Shown: positions 22,820 through 31,992 of the stretch, piece by piece
Layout of the letters: each line of letters begins with the position of its first letter
Numbering within the stretch: the first letter of the stretch is position 1
Assembly: GCA_038061225.1 (NCBI GenBank)
Contig: JBBTZT010000003.1
Location: 184,515-248,514, forward strand
Origin: Patescibacteria group bacterium
GTDB taxonomy: Bacteria > Patescibacteriota > Microgenomatia > UBA8517
Length of the DNA: 64,000 nt
Direction of reading: 5' to 3'
Program-made: the position numbers and the translations under genes
The notes under the pieces: generated by a model
Database searches by the model: none
What the model saw: the letters and a program-made list of their open reading frames with translations, nothing else
What the model was told of the DNA's origin: nothing

Positions 22820-24151
22820 ATGAAAAAAATATATTTATTACCCTTTGCTCTAATCGGAATTCATATTTTAATATTGTCAAAATTACAGTTTACTGCTTGG
22901 CCTGAAATGCTTTCATTTCCTTATGTGATTGATAAAGGTTTTATAATTTACAAAGACTTTCATCATGTATATCAACCGCTTCTAACTTTTATTTTGCTTG
23001 GAATTTATAAGATCTTTGGATTTAATATAGTAGCTCTTAAAGCCTTTACATATATTTTAATTGCTATTATCGATTTTGCATTATTCTCAACAGTTAAAAA
23101 ACTAACTAAAAATAATAAGATAGCCATCTTCTCGCTTACATCTTACATTTTATTACAACCTGTCTTTGATGGTAATATGCTTTGGTATGATATTGCAGTA
23201 ATTTTGCCTGTTCTTCTCTCATTTTATTTAGTTCAAACAAATCTGTTTTTGTCAGGTCTTTTTGTTGCTATTGCATTTTTAATAAAACAACAATCAGTTT
23301 TACTTGTTCTACCAATATTTATATATCTTTTGATAATCAAAACAAATGTTAAAGATATCTTAAAGTTTATTTACGGCTGTATTATTCCAGTTTCTGTATT
23401 ATTCCTGTTTTTGTATAAATACAATATATTTTCAGATTATTTATTTTGGACTTTTAAGTTTCCACTTTTTTATTTACCTAAAATTGAAGGTTATGCAATA
23501 AACCCAAATTCCAAAGAGTTTTTCATACTTATATTGATGGGCTTAACTCTAGTTGTTGGTTATATATTAAATATCAAAAAAATAAAATCTATTTTTTATG
23601 TTTTGCTCTTTTTGCTGTTGTTTATGGTTTTGTCTGCATTTCCTAGATTTTCACTTTTTCACTTGCAACCGGCATTGGCTGTTTTTATCATCGTAATTGG
23701 GTATTTGTATAGTTTTAGTAATAAATATTTTGTTTTGTTTTTGATTCCACTTTTGTATCTATGGAAGGGAGTTTTATTAAATCCAATCAAAGAAACGAGA
23801 TTTTACGGAAATAACGAAATTAAATTTTCAGAAAATATTAAAAAAGTAGTAGAAAATAAAAAAGTTTATTTTTTAGGACCCAGCTCAATTTATTATGTTT
23901 TATCAAATACTTTACCACCTAAGCCATGGATAGAAAATTATGTCTGGCATTTTGAGACACCTAAATTACAAAAGAGTGTAATAAATGGTTGGAAAATAGA
24001 CCCACCAAGATACATTTACTGGTCAAAACCAAAAGAAGGTAATTGGTATGACTTAGCTACCTATCAACCTAAGGAAATAGTAGAATATATCAGAGAAAAA
24101 TATATGAAAATAAATGAGTCCCAAGATGTTGAGATTTGGAAATTAAAATGA
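22820..24151 (+). CDS. Membrane protein, GT-C fold-like
   Basis: 'YKDF...P' loop after TM1, 'IKQ', multiple TMs. Confidence 0.6.
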   Translation: MKKIYLLPFALIGIHILILSKLQFTAWPEMLSFPYVIDKGFIIYKDFHHVYQPLLTFILLGIYKIFGFNIVALKAFTYILIAIIDFALFSTVKKLTKNNKIAIFSLTSYILLQPVFDGNMLWYDIAVILPVLLSFYLVQTNLFLSGLFVAIAFLIKQQSVLLVLPIFIYLLIIKTNVKDILKFIYGCIIPVSVLFLFLYKYNIFSDYLFWTFKFPLFYLPKIEGYAINPNSKEFFILILMGLTLVVGYILNIKKIKSIFYVLLFLLLFMVLSAFPRFSLFHLQPALAVFIIVIGYLYSFSNKYFVLFLIPLLYLWKGVLLNPIKETRFYGNNEIKFSENIKKVVENKKVYFLGPSSIYYVLSNTLPPKPWIENYVWHFETPKLQKSVINGWKIDPPRYIYWSKPKEGNWYDLATYQPKEIVEYIREKYMKINESQDVEIWKLK

Positions 24152-25062
24152 AAACTGCAATAATTAATAGATATCAATTTAAAGTTAATAGAGGTGCAGA
24201 AACATTTGTTACTGAACTTGCCAAGAGGTTTTCAGAGAATCACCAAGTAGACATATTAACCAAGATAAACTTCACTAAAAAATACGATTTAATTATCCCA
24301 ACAAATGGTAGATTTCAAGTTTTTACTGCTCGTATATTAACTTGGTTGACAGGTGCAAAAATGATTGTTTCTGGTCAATCAGGAATTGGATTAGATGATA
24401 GATTAAATCTTTACGCTTTCCCTGATTATTTCATTGGGCTGTCAAATTATGCTGTAAATTGGGCAAGGAAAATAAATCCATTTGTAAGAGTTGTAAAGAT
24501 TCCAAATGGTGTATCACTTAAGGATTTTAAACAACAAGGTGTCACCTTGTTGTTTGATTTGCCTGAGCCGATTGTTTTGTGTGTATCTGCTTTAGTTAAT
24601 TGGAAACGGTTAGACTTGGTTATTAAAGCAGTATCAAAACTTAAAAAAGGATCATTACTTTTGGTTGGTAAGGGTGATCAAGTGAAAAATTTACAAAAGT
24701 TAGGAGACAAATTGCTTGCGCATAGATTTAAAATAATGAACTTTGCTCATAGAGATATGCCAAAAGTATATAGAAGTGCTGATCTTTTTGTTTTCCCAAC
24801 TGTTCCTTGGGAGTCATTTGGAATAGCTATGGTTGAAGCAATGGCGTCAGGTCTTCCAGTTGTAGCAACTGATGATCCAATAAGAAGAGAAATTGTGGGA
24901 GATGCAGGTTTATTTGTTGATCCAACAGATACAAATAAATTTGCAAATACAATTGAAAAGGCATTAAATACAAATTGGGGTGAGAAACCTAGAAAACAGG
25001 CAGAAAAATTTAGTTGGGATAAAATAGCGTTAGAATATGAAGAGTTGTTTAAAAATATATAA
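24148..25062 (+). CDS. GT4 family glycosyltransferase
   Basis: 'ESFGIAMVEAMASGLPVV' EX7E motif. Confidence 0.92.
   Translation: MKTAIINRYQFKVNRGAETFVTELAKRFSENHQVDILTKINFTKKYDLIIPTNGRFQVFTARILTWLTGAKMIVSGQSGIGLDDRLNLYAFPDYFIGLSNYAVNWARKINPFVRVVKIPNGVSLKDFKQQGVTLLFDLPEPIVLCVSALVNWKRLDLVIKAVSKLKKGSLLLVGKGDQVKNLQKLGDKLLAHRFKIMNFAHRDMPKVYRSADLFVFPTVPWESFGIAMVEAMASGLPVVATDDPIRREIVGDAGLFVDPTDTNKFANTIEKALNTNWGEKPRKQAEKFSWDKIALEYEELFKNI
24529..24555. repeat. Intragenic perfect inverted repeat (13-bp arms)
   Basis: AAACAACAAGGTG-T-CACCTTGTTGTTT, inside a GT4 gene. Confidence 0.8.
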
Positions 25063-25970
25063 TGGATAAAGTTATAGTTACAGGTGGAGCAGGTTTCATT
25101 GGGAGTCATGTGGTGGATTTAATGGTGGCTAAAAAGTATGACGTTTACGTTTTTGATAATCTTTCAACTGGAATTAAAAGCAATATTAACAAGAAAGCAA
25201 AATTTTTTAAAGTTGATATTACTGACTTTGAGAAAATTAATAGTTTGATCAGAGACATTAAACCTGCATGCATATTCCACTTAGCTGCATGGCCAAGAAT
25301 CGGTCGTTCTATGGATGATCCCATAGGTACAAATAATGTCAATGTAAATGGAACATTAAATATGTTGGAGACTGCAAGAATTAACAATATTCCTCGTTTT
25401 ATATATTCATCTTCCTCTAGTGTTTACGGTATGCAAAAGACATACAAAATGAAAGAAAATATGGATTTAAATCCGATGTCACATTATGCACTTCAAAAAT
25501 TAATAAGTGAGAAATACGCAACTTTTTATGCAGAGAGTTTTGGGATGAAAATTATTTCCTTAAGATATTTTAGTGTCTACGGAGACCGTCAACCAGATAG
25601 TGGACCATATGCATTAGTAATTGCAAAATTTATAGATCAATCAAGGAAAGGTCATAAATTGACTGTTTTTGGTGATGGTAAACAAACACGAGATTTCACT
25701 CATGTGTCAGATGTTGCCAACGCCAATTATTTAGCATTAAAAACGAATATTAAAAGAGGAATTAATAATATTATAAATATCGGAACATCTAAAGAAACAT
25801 CGGTTAATAAAATAGCTAAAATAATTGGTGGTGATGTTGAACATATTATTCCTAATCCTCGACAAAAATATGAAGAGCAACGAAAAATGGCAGATATAAC
25901 TTTGGCAAAAAAAGTTTTGAGGTGGAAACCAAAAATAAATATTAATGAAGGGTTAAAGATTTTAATATGA
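25062..25970 (+). CDS. NAD-dependent epimerase/dehydratase (GalE/WbpP-like)
   Basis: [31 protein letters not shown]. Confidence 0.9.
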   Translation: MDKVIVTGGAGFIGSHVVDLMVAKKYDVYVFDNLSTGIKSNINKKAKFFKVDITDFEKINSLIRDIKPACIFHLAAWPRIGRSMDDPIGTNNVNVNGTLNMLETARINNIPRFIYSSSSSVYGMQKTYKMKENMDLNPMSHYALQKLISEKYATFYAESFGMKIISLRYFSVYGDRQPDSGPYALVIAKFIDQSRKGHKLTVFGDGKQTRDFTHVSDVANANYLALKTNIKRGINNIINIGTSKETSVNKIAKIIGGDVEHIIPNPRQKYEEQRKMADITLAKKVLRWKPKININEGLKILI

Positions 25971-26806
25971 TTTCTGTAATTATTCCTACATACAATGAAG
26001 AAAGTGTAATTCTAGAATGTTTAAATTCACTTTCTAAACAAAGTCTTAGGAATTTTGAAATAATTGTTGTCGATGATGGGAGCACTGACAAAACTTTACA
26101 AGTTTTGTCAGATCTAAGATCTAAGATCTATGATCTAAGAATACTTACACAGGAACACAAAGGGGCAGGAGCTGGAAGAAACTTGGGAGCAAATAGTGCA
26201 AAGGGAGAGATCTTGGTTTTTGTAGATAGTGACATGACATTTGACAAAAACTTCTTAAAGATGTTAACCAAACCAATTGTTGCTGGTAAAAGTAAAGGAA
26301 CTTTTTCAAAAGATGAGATTGTTAGTAACTGGGATAATATCTGGTCTAGATGTTGGAATAAAAATGAGGGCTGGATGGATAAAAAGAGGCACCCAAAGAA
26401 TTATCCAGACACACAAAAAGTATTTAGAGCAATTTTACGAACGGAGTTCGATAAAGTGGGAGGTTTTACTGCAGGTGGCTACAATGATGATTGGAGTCTG
26501 TCTGAAAAGTTGGGATATGAAGCAACAGTTGCCGCGTCAAACGCGGTTTTCTACCACAAAAACCCTGAAAGCTTAAGTGAAATTTATAACCATGCAAAAT
26601 GGGTAGGGAAGAGAAGATATAAACTTGGTATGCTTGGCTACTTAGTAGGCTTGGTAAGATCAAGTTTTCCCATATCTATTGTTTTTGGCATACTACGTTC
26701 TACATTCTGCTTACTACCAGCTTACTTAATTTTTAAAATTGTGTACGATATGGGTATTTTTGTTGGAATAATTAGTTATATGTTTACTAAAAAAGGTGCA
26801 AAATGA
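25967..26806 (+). CDS. GT2 family glycosyltransferase
   Basis: SVIIPTYNE, VDDGSTD, FVDSD. Confidence 0.92.
   Translation: MISVIIPTYNEESVILECLNSLSKQSLRNFEIIVVDDGSTDKTLQVLSDLRSKIYDLRILTQEHKGAGAGRNLGANSAKGEILVFVDSDMTFDKNFLKMLTKPIVAGKSKGTFSKDEIVSNWDNIWSRCWNKNEGWMDKKRHPKNYPDTQKVFRAILRTEFDKVGGFTAGGYNDDWSLSEKLGYEATVAASNAVFYHKNPESLSEIYNHAKWVGKRRYKLGMLGYLVGLVRSSFPISIVFGILRSTFCLLPAYLIFKIVYDMGIFVGIISYMFTKKGAK
26110..26137 (+). repeat. Heptamer tandem repeat (AGATCTA)x3 plus TGATCTA
   Basis: Read directly; inside a GT2 gene. Confidence 0.85.
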
Positions 26807-28116
26807 TATTTACAATTTTAATTTTTGCTTTTCTGCTTCGTCTAATTAGTCTTAATCAATCATTGTGGCTTGATGAGGCAACAACAGCCCTTGTAGCTAA
26901 AATGCCAATTTATGATTTTTTTACTAAATTCATGCCCGCAGATTTTCATCCACCGCTTTATTACTTAGTGATTCGTGGTTGGTGGTTGGTGGTTAGTGGG
27001 AGCGAGATTGCTTTACGTTTACCATCTGTTGTCTTTGGTTTATTAACTATTTATTTTGTTTATTTAATAGCAAAAGAAATTAAACTAAAATATCCACTTG
27101 TGCCAGCCTTATTTTTGGCTACATCTGGACTGCATGTTTATTATTCACAAGAAGCGAGAATGTATGCGATGGCTACTTGGTTAGTTAGTTACTTAGTCTT
27201 TAGTTACATTAAAAAAAAGTGGGTTATTTTTGCATTACTTTTACCTGCAATATTTTTGACTGATTATGTATCGCTATTAATTTTACCTGTTTTATTTATG
27301 TTTACTTTTTTCAATGACCGTAAGCAAAGCTTGCCACTTCGTGGTAAAAACATTAAACAATTTATGATTTCATGTATTCCATTTGCCATAACTTTTATTG
27401 TTTGGTTACCATTTTTGTCTAAACAATTAGTTGCTGGCATGTCAATTAAAGATAGTGCTTGGTGGAATATATTAGGTCCTGTCACTTTAAAAAATGTAGC
27501 CCTTATTCCAACTAAATTTATGATTGGGAGGGTTGGGTTTGAAAATAAAATAATTTATGGAATAGTAATGTCAATAATTTCGGTGTTTTTTGCCTATGTT
27601 ATAGGTAGGGCTAAAAACAGGTTAATTTGGTCATGGTTTAGTTGGTCTTTAGTTTTTGGTATTATTCTTTCATTTTTTATACCAACTCTCACATATTTTA
27701 GATACTTATTTATTTTACCTGCGTTTTATCTGCTTTTGTCTGAAACAAAAAGCAAGTTTTTTATTGTTTGTATCTTAATTATTAATCTTTTAGCTTCATA
27801 CTTTTACCTCTCTCGCGAGAGGTTCCAAAGAGAAGATTGGAGAAGTGTAGCAAATTTAATTAGAAATGAAAGAATAGTTTTCCCTAGTGATTCTCAAAAA
27901 GAAGCACTTATTTATTATGGTAAAGGTGCCCAAGTAATTTCTGTCCTAGATCTGAAATCTGACATCACAGATCCTGTTTGGCTCTCACGATATGTTTGGG
28001 AGATTTTTGATCCTAAAGATGAGGCAAGATCTAGGATCGATGATCTAGGATATAAGAAAACGGCAGAATATAACTTTAATGGTGTAGAATTATGGAAATA
28101 TGAAAATAGCAATTGA
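26803..28116 (+). CDS. GT39/PMT-like (GT-C) membrane glycosyltransferase
   Basis: 'QSLWLDEA', 'HPPLYY', 'YSQEARMYA'. Confidence 0.85.
   Translation: MIFTILIFAFLLRLISLNQSLWLDEATTALVAKMPIYDFFTKFMPADFHPPLYYLVIRGWWLVVSGSEIALRLPSVVFGLLTIYFVYLIAKEIKLKYPLVPALFLATSGLHVYYSQEARMYAMATWLVSYLVFSYIKKKWVIFALLLPAIFLTDYVSLLILPVLFMFTFFNDRKQSLPLRGKNIKQFMISCIPFAITFIVWLPFLSKQLVAGMSIKDSAWWNILGPVTLKNVALIPTKFMIGRVGFENKIIYGIVMSIISVFFAYVIGRAKNRLIWSWFSWSLVFGIILSFFIPTLTYFRYLFILPAFYLLLSETKSKFFIVCILIINLLASYFYLSRERFQREDWRSVANLIRNERIVFPSDSQKEALIYYGKGAQVISVLDLKSDITDPVWLSRYVWEIFDPKDEARSRIDDLGYKKTAEYNFNGVELWKYENSN
26965..26999 (+). repeat. Heptamer tandem repeat TTnGTGR x5
   Basis: TTAGTGA TTCGTGG TTGGTGG TTGGTGG TTAGTGG. 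Confidence 0.8.
27321..27348 (+). repeat. Intragenic double-hairpin element, copy A
   Basis: TAAGCAAAGCTTGCCACTTCGTGG-TAAA; related copy at 45811. Confidence 0.75.
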
Positions 28117-29173
28117 TCTGTCACAAATTATATATGGTACTGGAGTATCTCATTATAGGGAGAATTTGGTTAAAAATTTATTAAAAATTTCTCCAGAAAA
28201 TAAATATTTGTTATACGGTGGATCGCTTCGTAGATTTAACGAACTGAAGAGTAGAATCAATTCATATGGATCAACAGATACAAAAGTTTTTCCTATTCCA
28301 CCAAGGTTCGCAAACATAATTTGGAATAAGCTACATATATTACCTATTGAAAAAATAATTGGAAATGTAGATTTGATTCACACTTCAGATTGGGTAGAAC
28401 CACCTTCAAGTTTACCTAAAGTAACCACAATACACGACCTTGTTCCGTTAGTTCTGCCTCAATTTACACCTAAAATTATAGTTGAGACGCACAAAGAAAG
28501 ACTCAAATGGGTAGAAAAAGAATCAAAAAAAATAATTGTTCCGAGTGAAACTACTAAAATTGATTTAATTAAACTTGGTGTAGATGAAAACAGAATAGCT
28601 GTTATCTATGAGGCACCAAACATAACAAAAGCGACTGAGGCCCAAGTGGTTGAATCTAAAAGGAAATATAAAATTCATGAAGAATATATCATTATGATTG
28701 GTACTAACCCCAGAAAAAACATTGAGAGAGCGGTGAAGGCATTTCATTTAGCCAAGCATGGTAAAAATTTAAGATTGTTAATCGTTGGTGAAAATAAAGA
28801 TTTGAAATTGGAAGATGAAAGGGGAGTTAGGTTTTTAGGTTTTGTGCCAACTTCTGATCTCTCACCTCTTTTGACTGGTTCAAGTGTTTTATTGTTTCCA
28901 TCTTTATATGAAGGATTTGGTGTTCCAATACTTGAAAGCTTTGCCTGTGAGGTACCGGTTGTTACCTCTAATATTTCAAGCATGCCAGAAGCAGCAGGTG
29001 GCGCTGCAGTTTTGGTTGATCCATATGATGTTAATTCTATTGCAGCTGGAATTGAAGAAGCCATTAGTAAACCCAAAACTTTAATTGCAAAAGGTCTAAA
29101 AGTTATAAGTAATTATAGTTGGTCCAAAACTGCCAAAGAAACATTGGAAGTATACAAGGAGGTAGTAAGATGA
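28100..29173 (+). CDS. GT4 glycosyltransferase (mannosyltransferase-like)
   Basis: TIHDL, PRKN, 'YEGFGVPILES'. Confidence 0.92.
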   Translation: MKIAIDLSQIIYGTGVSHYRENLVKNLLKISPENKYLLYGGSLRRFNELKSRINSYGSTDTKVFPIPPRFANIIWNKLHILPIEKIIGNVDLIHTSDWVEPPSSLPKVTTIHDLVPLVLPQFTPKIIVETHKERLKWVEKESKKIIVPSETTKIDLIKLGVDENRIAVIYEAPNITKATEAQVVESKRKYKIHEEYIIMIGTNPRKNIERAVKAFHLAKHGKNLRLLIVGENKDLKLEDERGVRFLGFVPTSDLSPLLTGSSVLLFPSLYEGFGVPILESFACEVPVVTSNISSMPEAAGGAAVLVDPYDVNSIAAGIEEAISKPKTLIAKGLKVISNYSWSKTAKETLEVYKEVVR

Positions 29174-29502
29174 AAATTTTGGTTTTTACAAATAAAGCTA
29201 CAAAGGAAGAAATAGAACAAGTTTCGGAGCATTTTCAGGGGTATATCAAGGTTGTTGTTGATATTGAAAATAGAATATTATGTGCAGGTGCTGATCGACA
29301 TGTTGATGAGGAGCAGGAACTTCTTAAACTTGGCTCGAAACAATCAAATCTTTGGGGAGGGGGAATTGATATTGAAACGGGTGAGATAGATTACAACTCG
29401 ATGGTCAATATTCGTCCCAATCAAGATAATCCTAGCCGTGATATTATGTCAATGGAAATTAGAAAAACTTTTGATGAAATTGTAACAAAAATACTAAAAT
29501 GA
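29170..29502 (+). CDS. DUF5674-like small protein
   Basis: 'IKVVVDIE..GAD.H.DEE..LL..GSKQ.NLWGG..NIRP.Q.N.S' recognised pattern; ATGA overlap. Confidence 0.7.
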   Translation: MKILVFTNKATKEEIEQVSEHFQGYIKVVVDIENRILCAGADRHVDEEQELLKLGSKQSNLWGGGIDIETGEIDYNSMVNIRPNQDNPSRDIMSMEIRKTFDEIVTKILK

Positions 29503-29792
29503 CAGATATGAATGATACAACAAAACAAACAGTAATGGATATTGCAATGAATCTTCATAGAATTGGTGGTTGGGTGGCTGATGATTTTAAAAAAAATGAA
29601 AAGAAAATTTACATCTTTATTAAAAACACAGATGAGTATATAACCACAATTCAAAACTTAGGCGATAAGTTTAAACCAACATGGTCAAATTTTATAAATG
29701 TCTATCCTAATTTTAAAAATGATCCACGAAATAATGCAGAAAACTTAATGACATGGGGAAATATTTTAACGCATAGGAGTAAATTTTTATAA
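29499..29792 (+). CDS. Hypothetical small helical protein
   Basis: 97 aa, ATGA-coupled to the previous gene. Confidence 0.6.
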   Translation: MTDMNDTTKQTVMDIAMNLHRIGGWVADDFKKNEKKIYIFIKNTDEYITTIQNLGDKFKPTWSNFINVYPNFKNDPRNNAENLMTWGNILTHRSKFL

Positions 29793-29793
29793 T

Positions 29794-30942
29794 ATGATTA
29801 TTGGTATTGACGGAAATGAGGCAAATGTAGAAAATAGGGTGGGGGTAAATAAATATGCCTTCGAAATGCTTTGGGGCTTGAAAAAAGAAAACGAAGAAAA
29901 GCCAAAACCAAACAGTCTCATAGTTTATCTTAAAAACGCGCCACTTTCTGATATGCCGAAAGAAACCAAAAAATTTAAGTACAAGGTTATAGAAGGGCGT
30001 GGCCTTTGGATTATTACAAAACTTACCCCTTATCTTTTAAAGAACCCAGAAAAAATAGATGTTTTATTTTCTCCAAGCCACTACACGCCACCGTTATTGA
30101 CAATTCCTCGTATTTGTTCAATAATGGATCTAGGTTATCTCGAAAATACGACTCAATTTGAGAAAAAGGTACTTTGGCAGTTAAAGTATTGGACTGCTAT
30201 TTCTATTTTTGCCTCAAAACATGTCTTAACTATATCAGAAGCTAGCAAAAACGATATTGTACGACATTATCCTTTTGCCTTGAATAAGGTGACCGTTACT
30301 CATTTGGGATATGATAAAGATAGATTTAATTTAAATGTCTCCAATAATCTTGTGCGACAGATAAAAAACAAGTACTCTATAGTAGAAGATTATATACTCT
30401 TCCTAAGCACTCTGAAGCCATCTAAGAACATCGAAGGTTTATTAGATGCATATTCATTGTTAAACACTAAAAAGGTATTTAAGAATTTGCCACAGCTTGT
30501 TATAGCAGGTAAAAAAGGATGGATGTTTGATGATATCTATAAAAAAGTTAAGGATTTAGATCTTAGCGATAAAGTTATCTTTACAGATTTTATAAAAGAA
30601 GAAGAAAAACCAGCACTCATTGCTGGATCTAAACTTTTTGTACTCCCTTCCTTCTGGGAAGGTTTTGGACTTGATATCTTATCTGCTTTTGGATGTGGTG
30701 TTCCTGTTGTTGCCTCAAATGTCGGTAGTTTGCCAGAGGTTGCTGGTAAAGCTGCTATTTTAGTTGATCCAAATAACACTGAAAATATCGCAAAAGGAAT
30801 AGAAAAAGTTTTAAAAATGAGCAAAGAAGAATATAATAGTTTAATAAACTTAGGGTTTAATGAAGTAAAGAAATTTAGTTGGGAAAATTGTTCAAAGAAA
30901 ACATTAGAAGTAATTGAAAATGCTAATAAAAAAAATAATTAA
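29794..30942 (+). CDS. GT4 glycosyltransferase
   Basis: PSKN, 'WEGFG', 'SLPEVAG'. Confidence 0.92.
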   Translation: MIIGIDGNEANVENRVGVNKYAFEMLWGLKKENEEKPKPNSLIVYLKNAPLSDMPKETKKFKYKVIEGRGLWIITKLTPYLLKNPEKIDVLFSPSHYTPPLLTIPRICSIMDLGYLENTTQFEKKVLWQLKYWTAISIFASKHVLTISEASKNDIVRHYPFALNKVTVTHLGYDKDRFNLNVSNNLVRQIKNKYSIVEDYILFLSTLKPSKNIEGLLDAYSLLNTKKVFKNLPQLVIAGKKGWMFDDIYKKVKDLDLSDKVIFTDFIKEEEKPALIAGSKLFVLPSFWEGFGLDILSAFGCGVPVVASNVGSLPEVAGKAAILVDPNNTENIAKGIEKVLKMSKEEYNSLINLGFNEVKKFSWENCSKKTLEVIENANKKNN

Positions 30943-31477
30943 TCGCCTTTACAATTATTGGCTTGATTTTGAACTCATGTATTTAAGGTGGGTGGGATAT
31001 ATTCCATCGCATACAATCCGGAAACTTAAATATAAGTTTTTTGGTATGAAAATTGGTATAGGTTCAACAATTCACATGTGGGCTAATTTTTTTCAGCCAA
31101 ACAATATAGAGATAGGTGAAGATACGATTATTGGAGATCATGTCTTTTTAGATGGTCGTGCAAAACTTAAGATTGGGAACCATGTAGATGTCGCCTCAAG
31201 TGTGATGATTTACAATTCAGAACATGATCTTGAGTCAAGTGATTTTAGTGCAATTTTAGCTCCGGTTGAAATAGGAGATTATGTTTTTATAGGTCCAAGA
31301 GTAATTATTATGCCAGGAGTTAAAATCGGGAAGGGAGCAGTTGTTGCTGGTGGAGCAGTAGTAACAAAAGATGTTGATTCTTTTACAATTGTTGGTGGTG
31401 TTCCTGCAAAAGAAATTGGGACAAGAAAAAACAAAAACCTAAATTATCGCCTTGGAAGGGCAAGACTTTTTCAGTGA
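30920..31477 (+). CDS. Hexapeptide-repeat (LbH) acyltransferase
   Basis: [LIV]GxxxxI repeats, 'GGVPAK'. Confidence 0.9.
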   Translation: MLIKKIINRLYNYWLDFELMYLRWVGYIPSHTIRKLKYKFFGMKIGIGSTIHMWANFFQPNNIEIGEDTIIGDHVFLDGRAKLKIGNHVDVASSVMIYNSEHDLESSDFSAILAPVEIGDYVFIGPRVIIMPGVKIGKGAVVAGGAVVTKDVDSFTIVGGVPAKEIGTRKNKNLNYRLGRARLFQ

Positions 31478-31992
31478 AGATGAACAAATTGTTAAAGCTA
31501 TTCTTTTTTTTAATTTCTATATTTCTTTTAATTTACATTCTTCCCAAAAGTCCAGAATTTCCACAGCCACCTGCTGGTGCTGTCCAATCTTTTGAACCTG
31601 CAGATGTTGAAAATACTTTAAGAAGAGGATATTACACAAATTTAAATAGAGAAGAAGTTATAAGCCATTACAAAAATGAATTTAACAAAGGTTTTAATGT
31701 ATATACCCCTCGTCTTAATTATCCACCTGAAGATGCACCAGTTTTTATTAGAGATCAAACAAAAAGTACTTTTTTAGAAGAAATTGTTCATCCATTAAGA
31801 GAGTCAATTTATATTAATGGATTTGAACCCAAATCAGAAGAGTATGCACAGTATTATAAAGGAATTAGATACAATCAAAGAATAATCATTAGATATATAC
31901 CAAGCTCTAATTTAAATAGAATAATTATATTAGCTTTAACTCTTGTGGTTAGTTTACTATTGATGAGAGAATACAAATATGCAAAAAAATGA
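31474..31992 (+). CDS. Hypothetical protein with N- and C-terminal TM segments
   Basis: Coupled ORF; hydrophobic ends. Confidence 0.65.
   Translation: MKMNKLLKLFFFLISIFLLIYILPKSPEFPQPPAGAVQSFEPADVENTLRRGYYTNLNREEVISHYKNEFNKGFNVYTPRLNYPPEDAPVFIRDQTKSTFLEEIVHPLRESIYINGFEPKSEEYAQYYKGIRYNQRIIIRYIPSSNLNRIIILALTLVVSLLLMREYKYAKK

Noticed and set aside
26526-26545. Small hairpin CCGCGT-CAA-ACGCGG in a GT2 gene
   Set aside because: Only a 6-bp stem with no second copy seen; could be chance.
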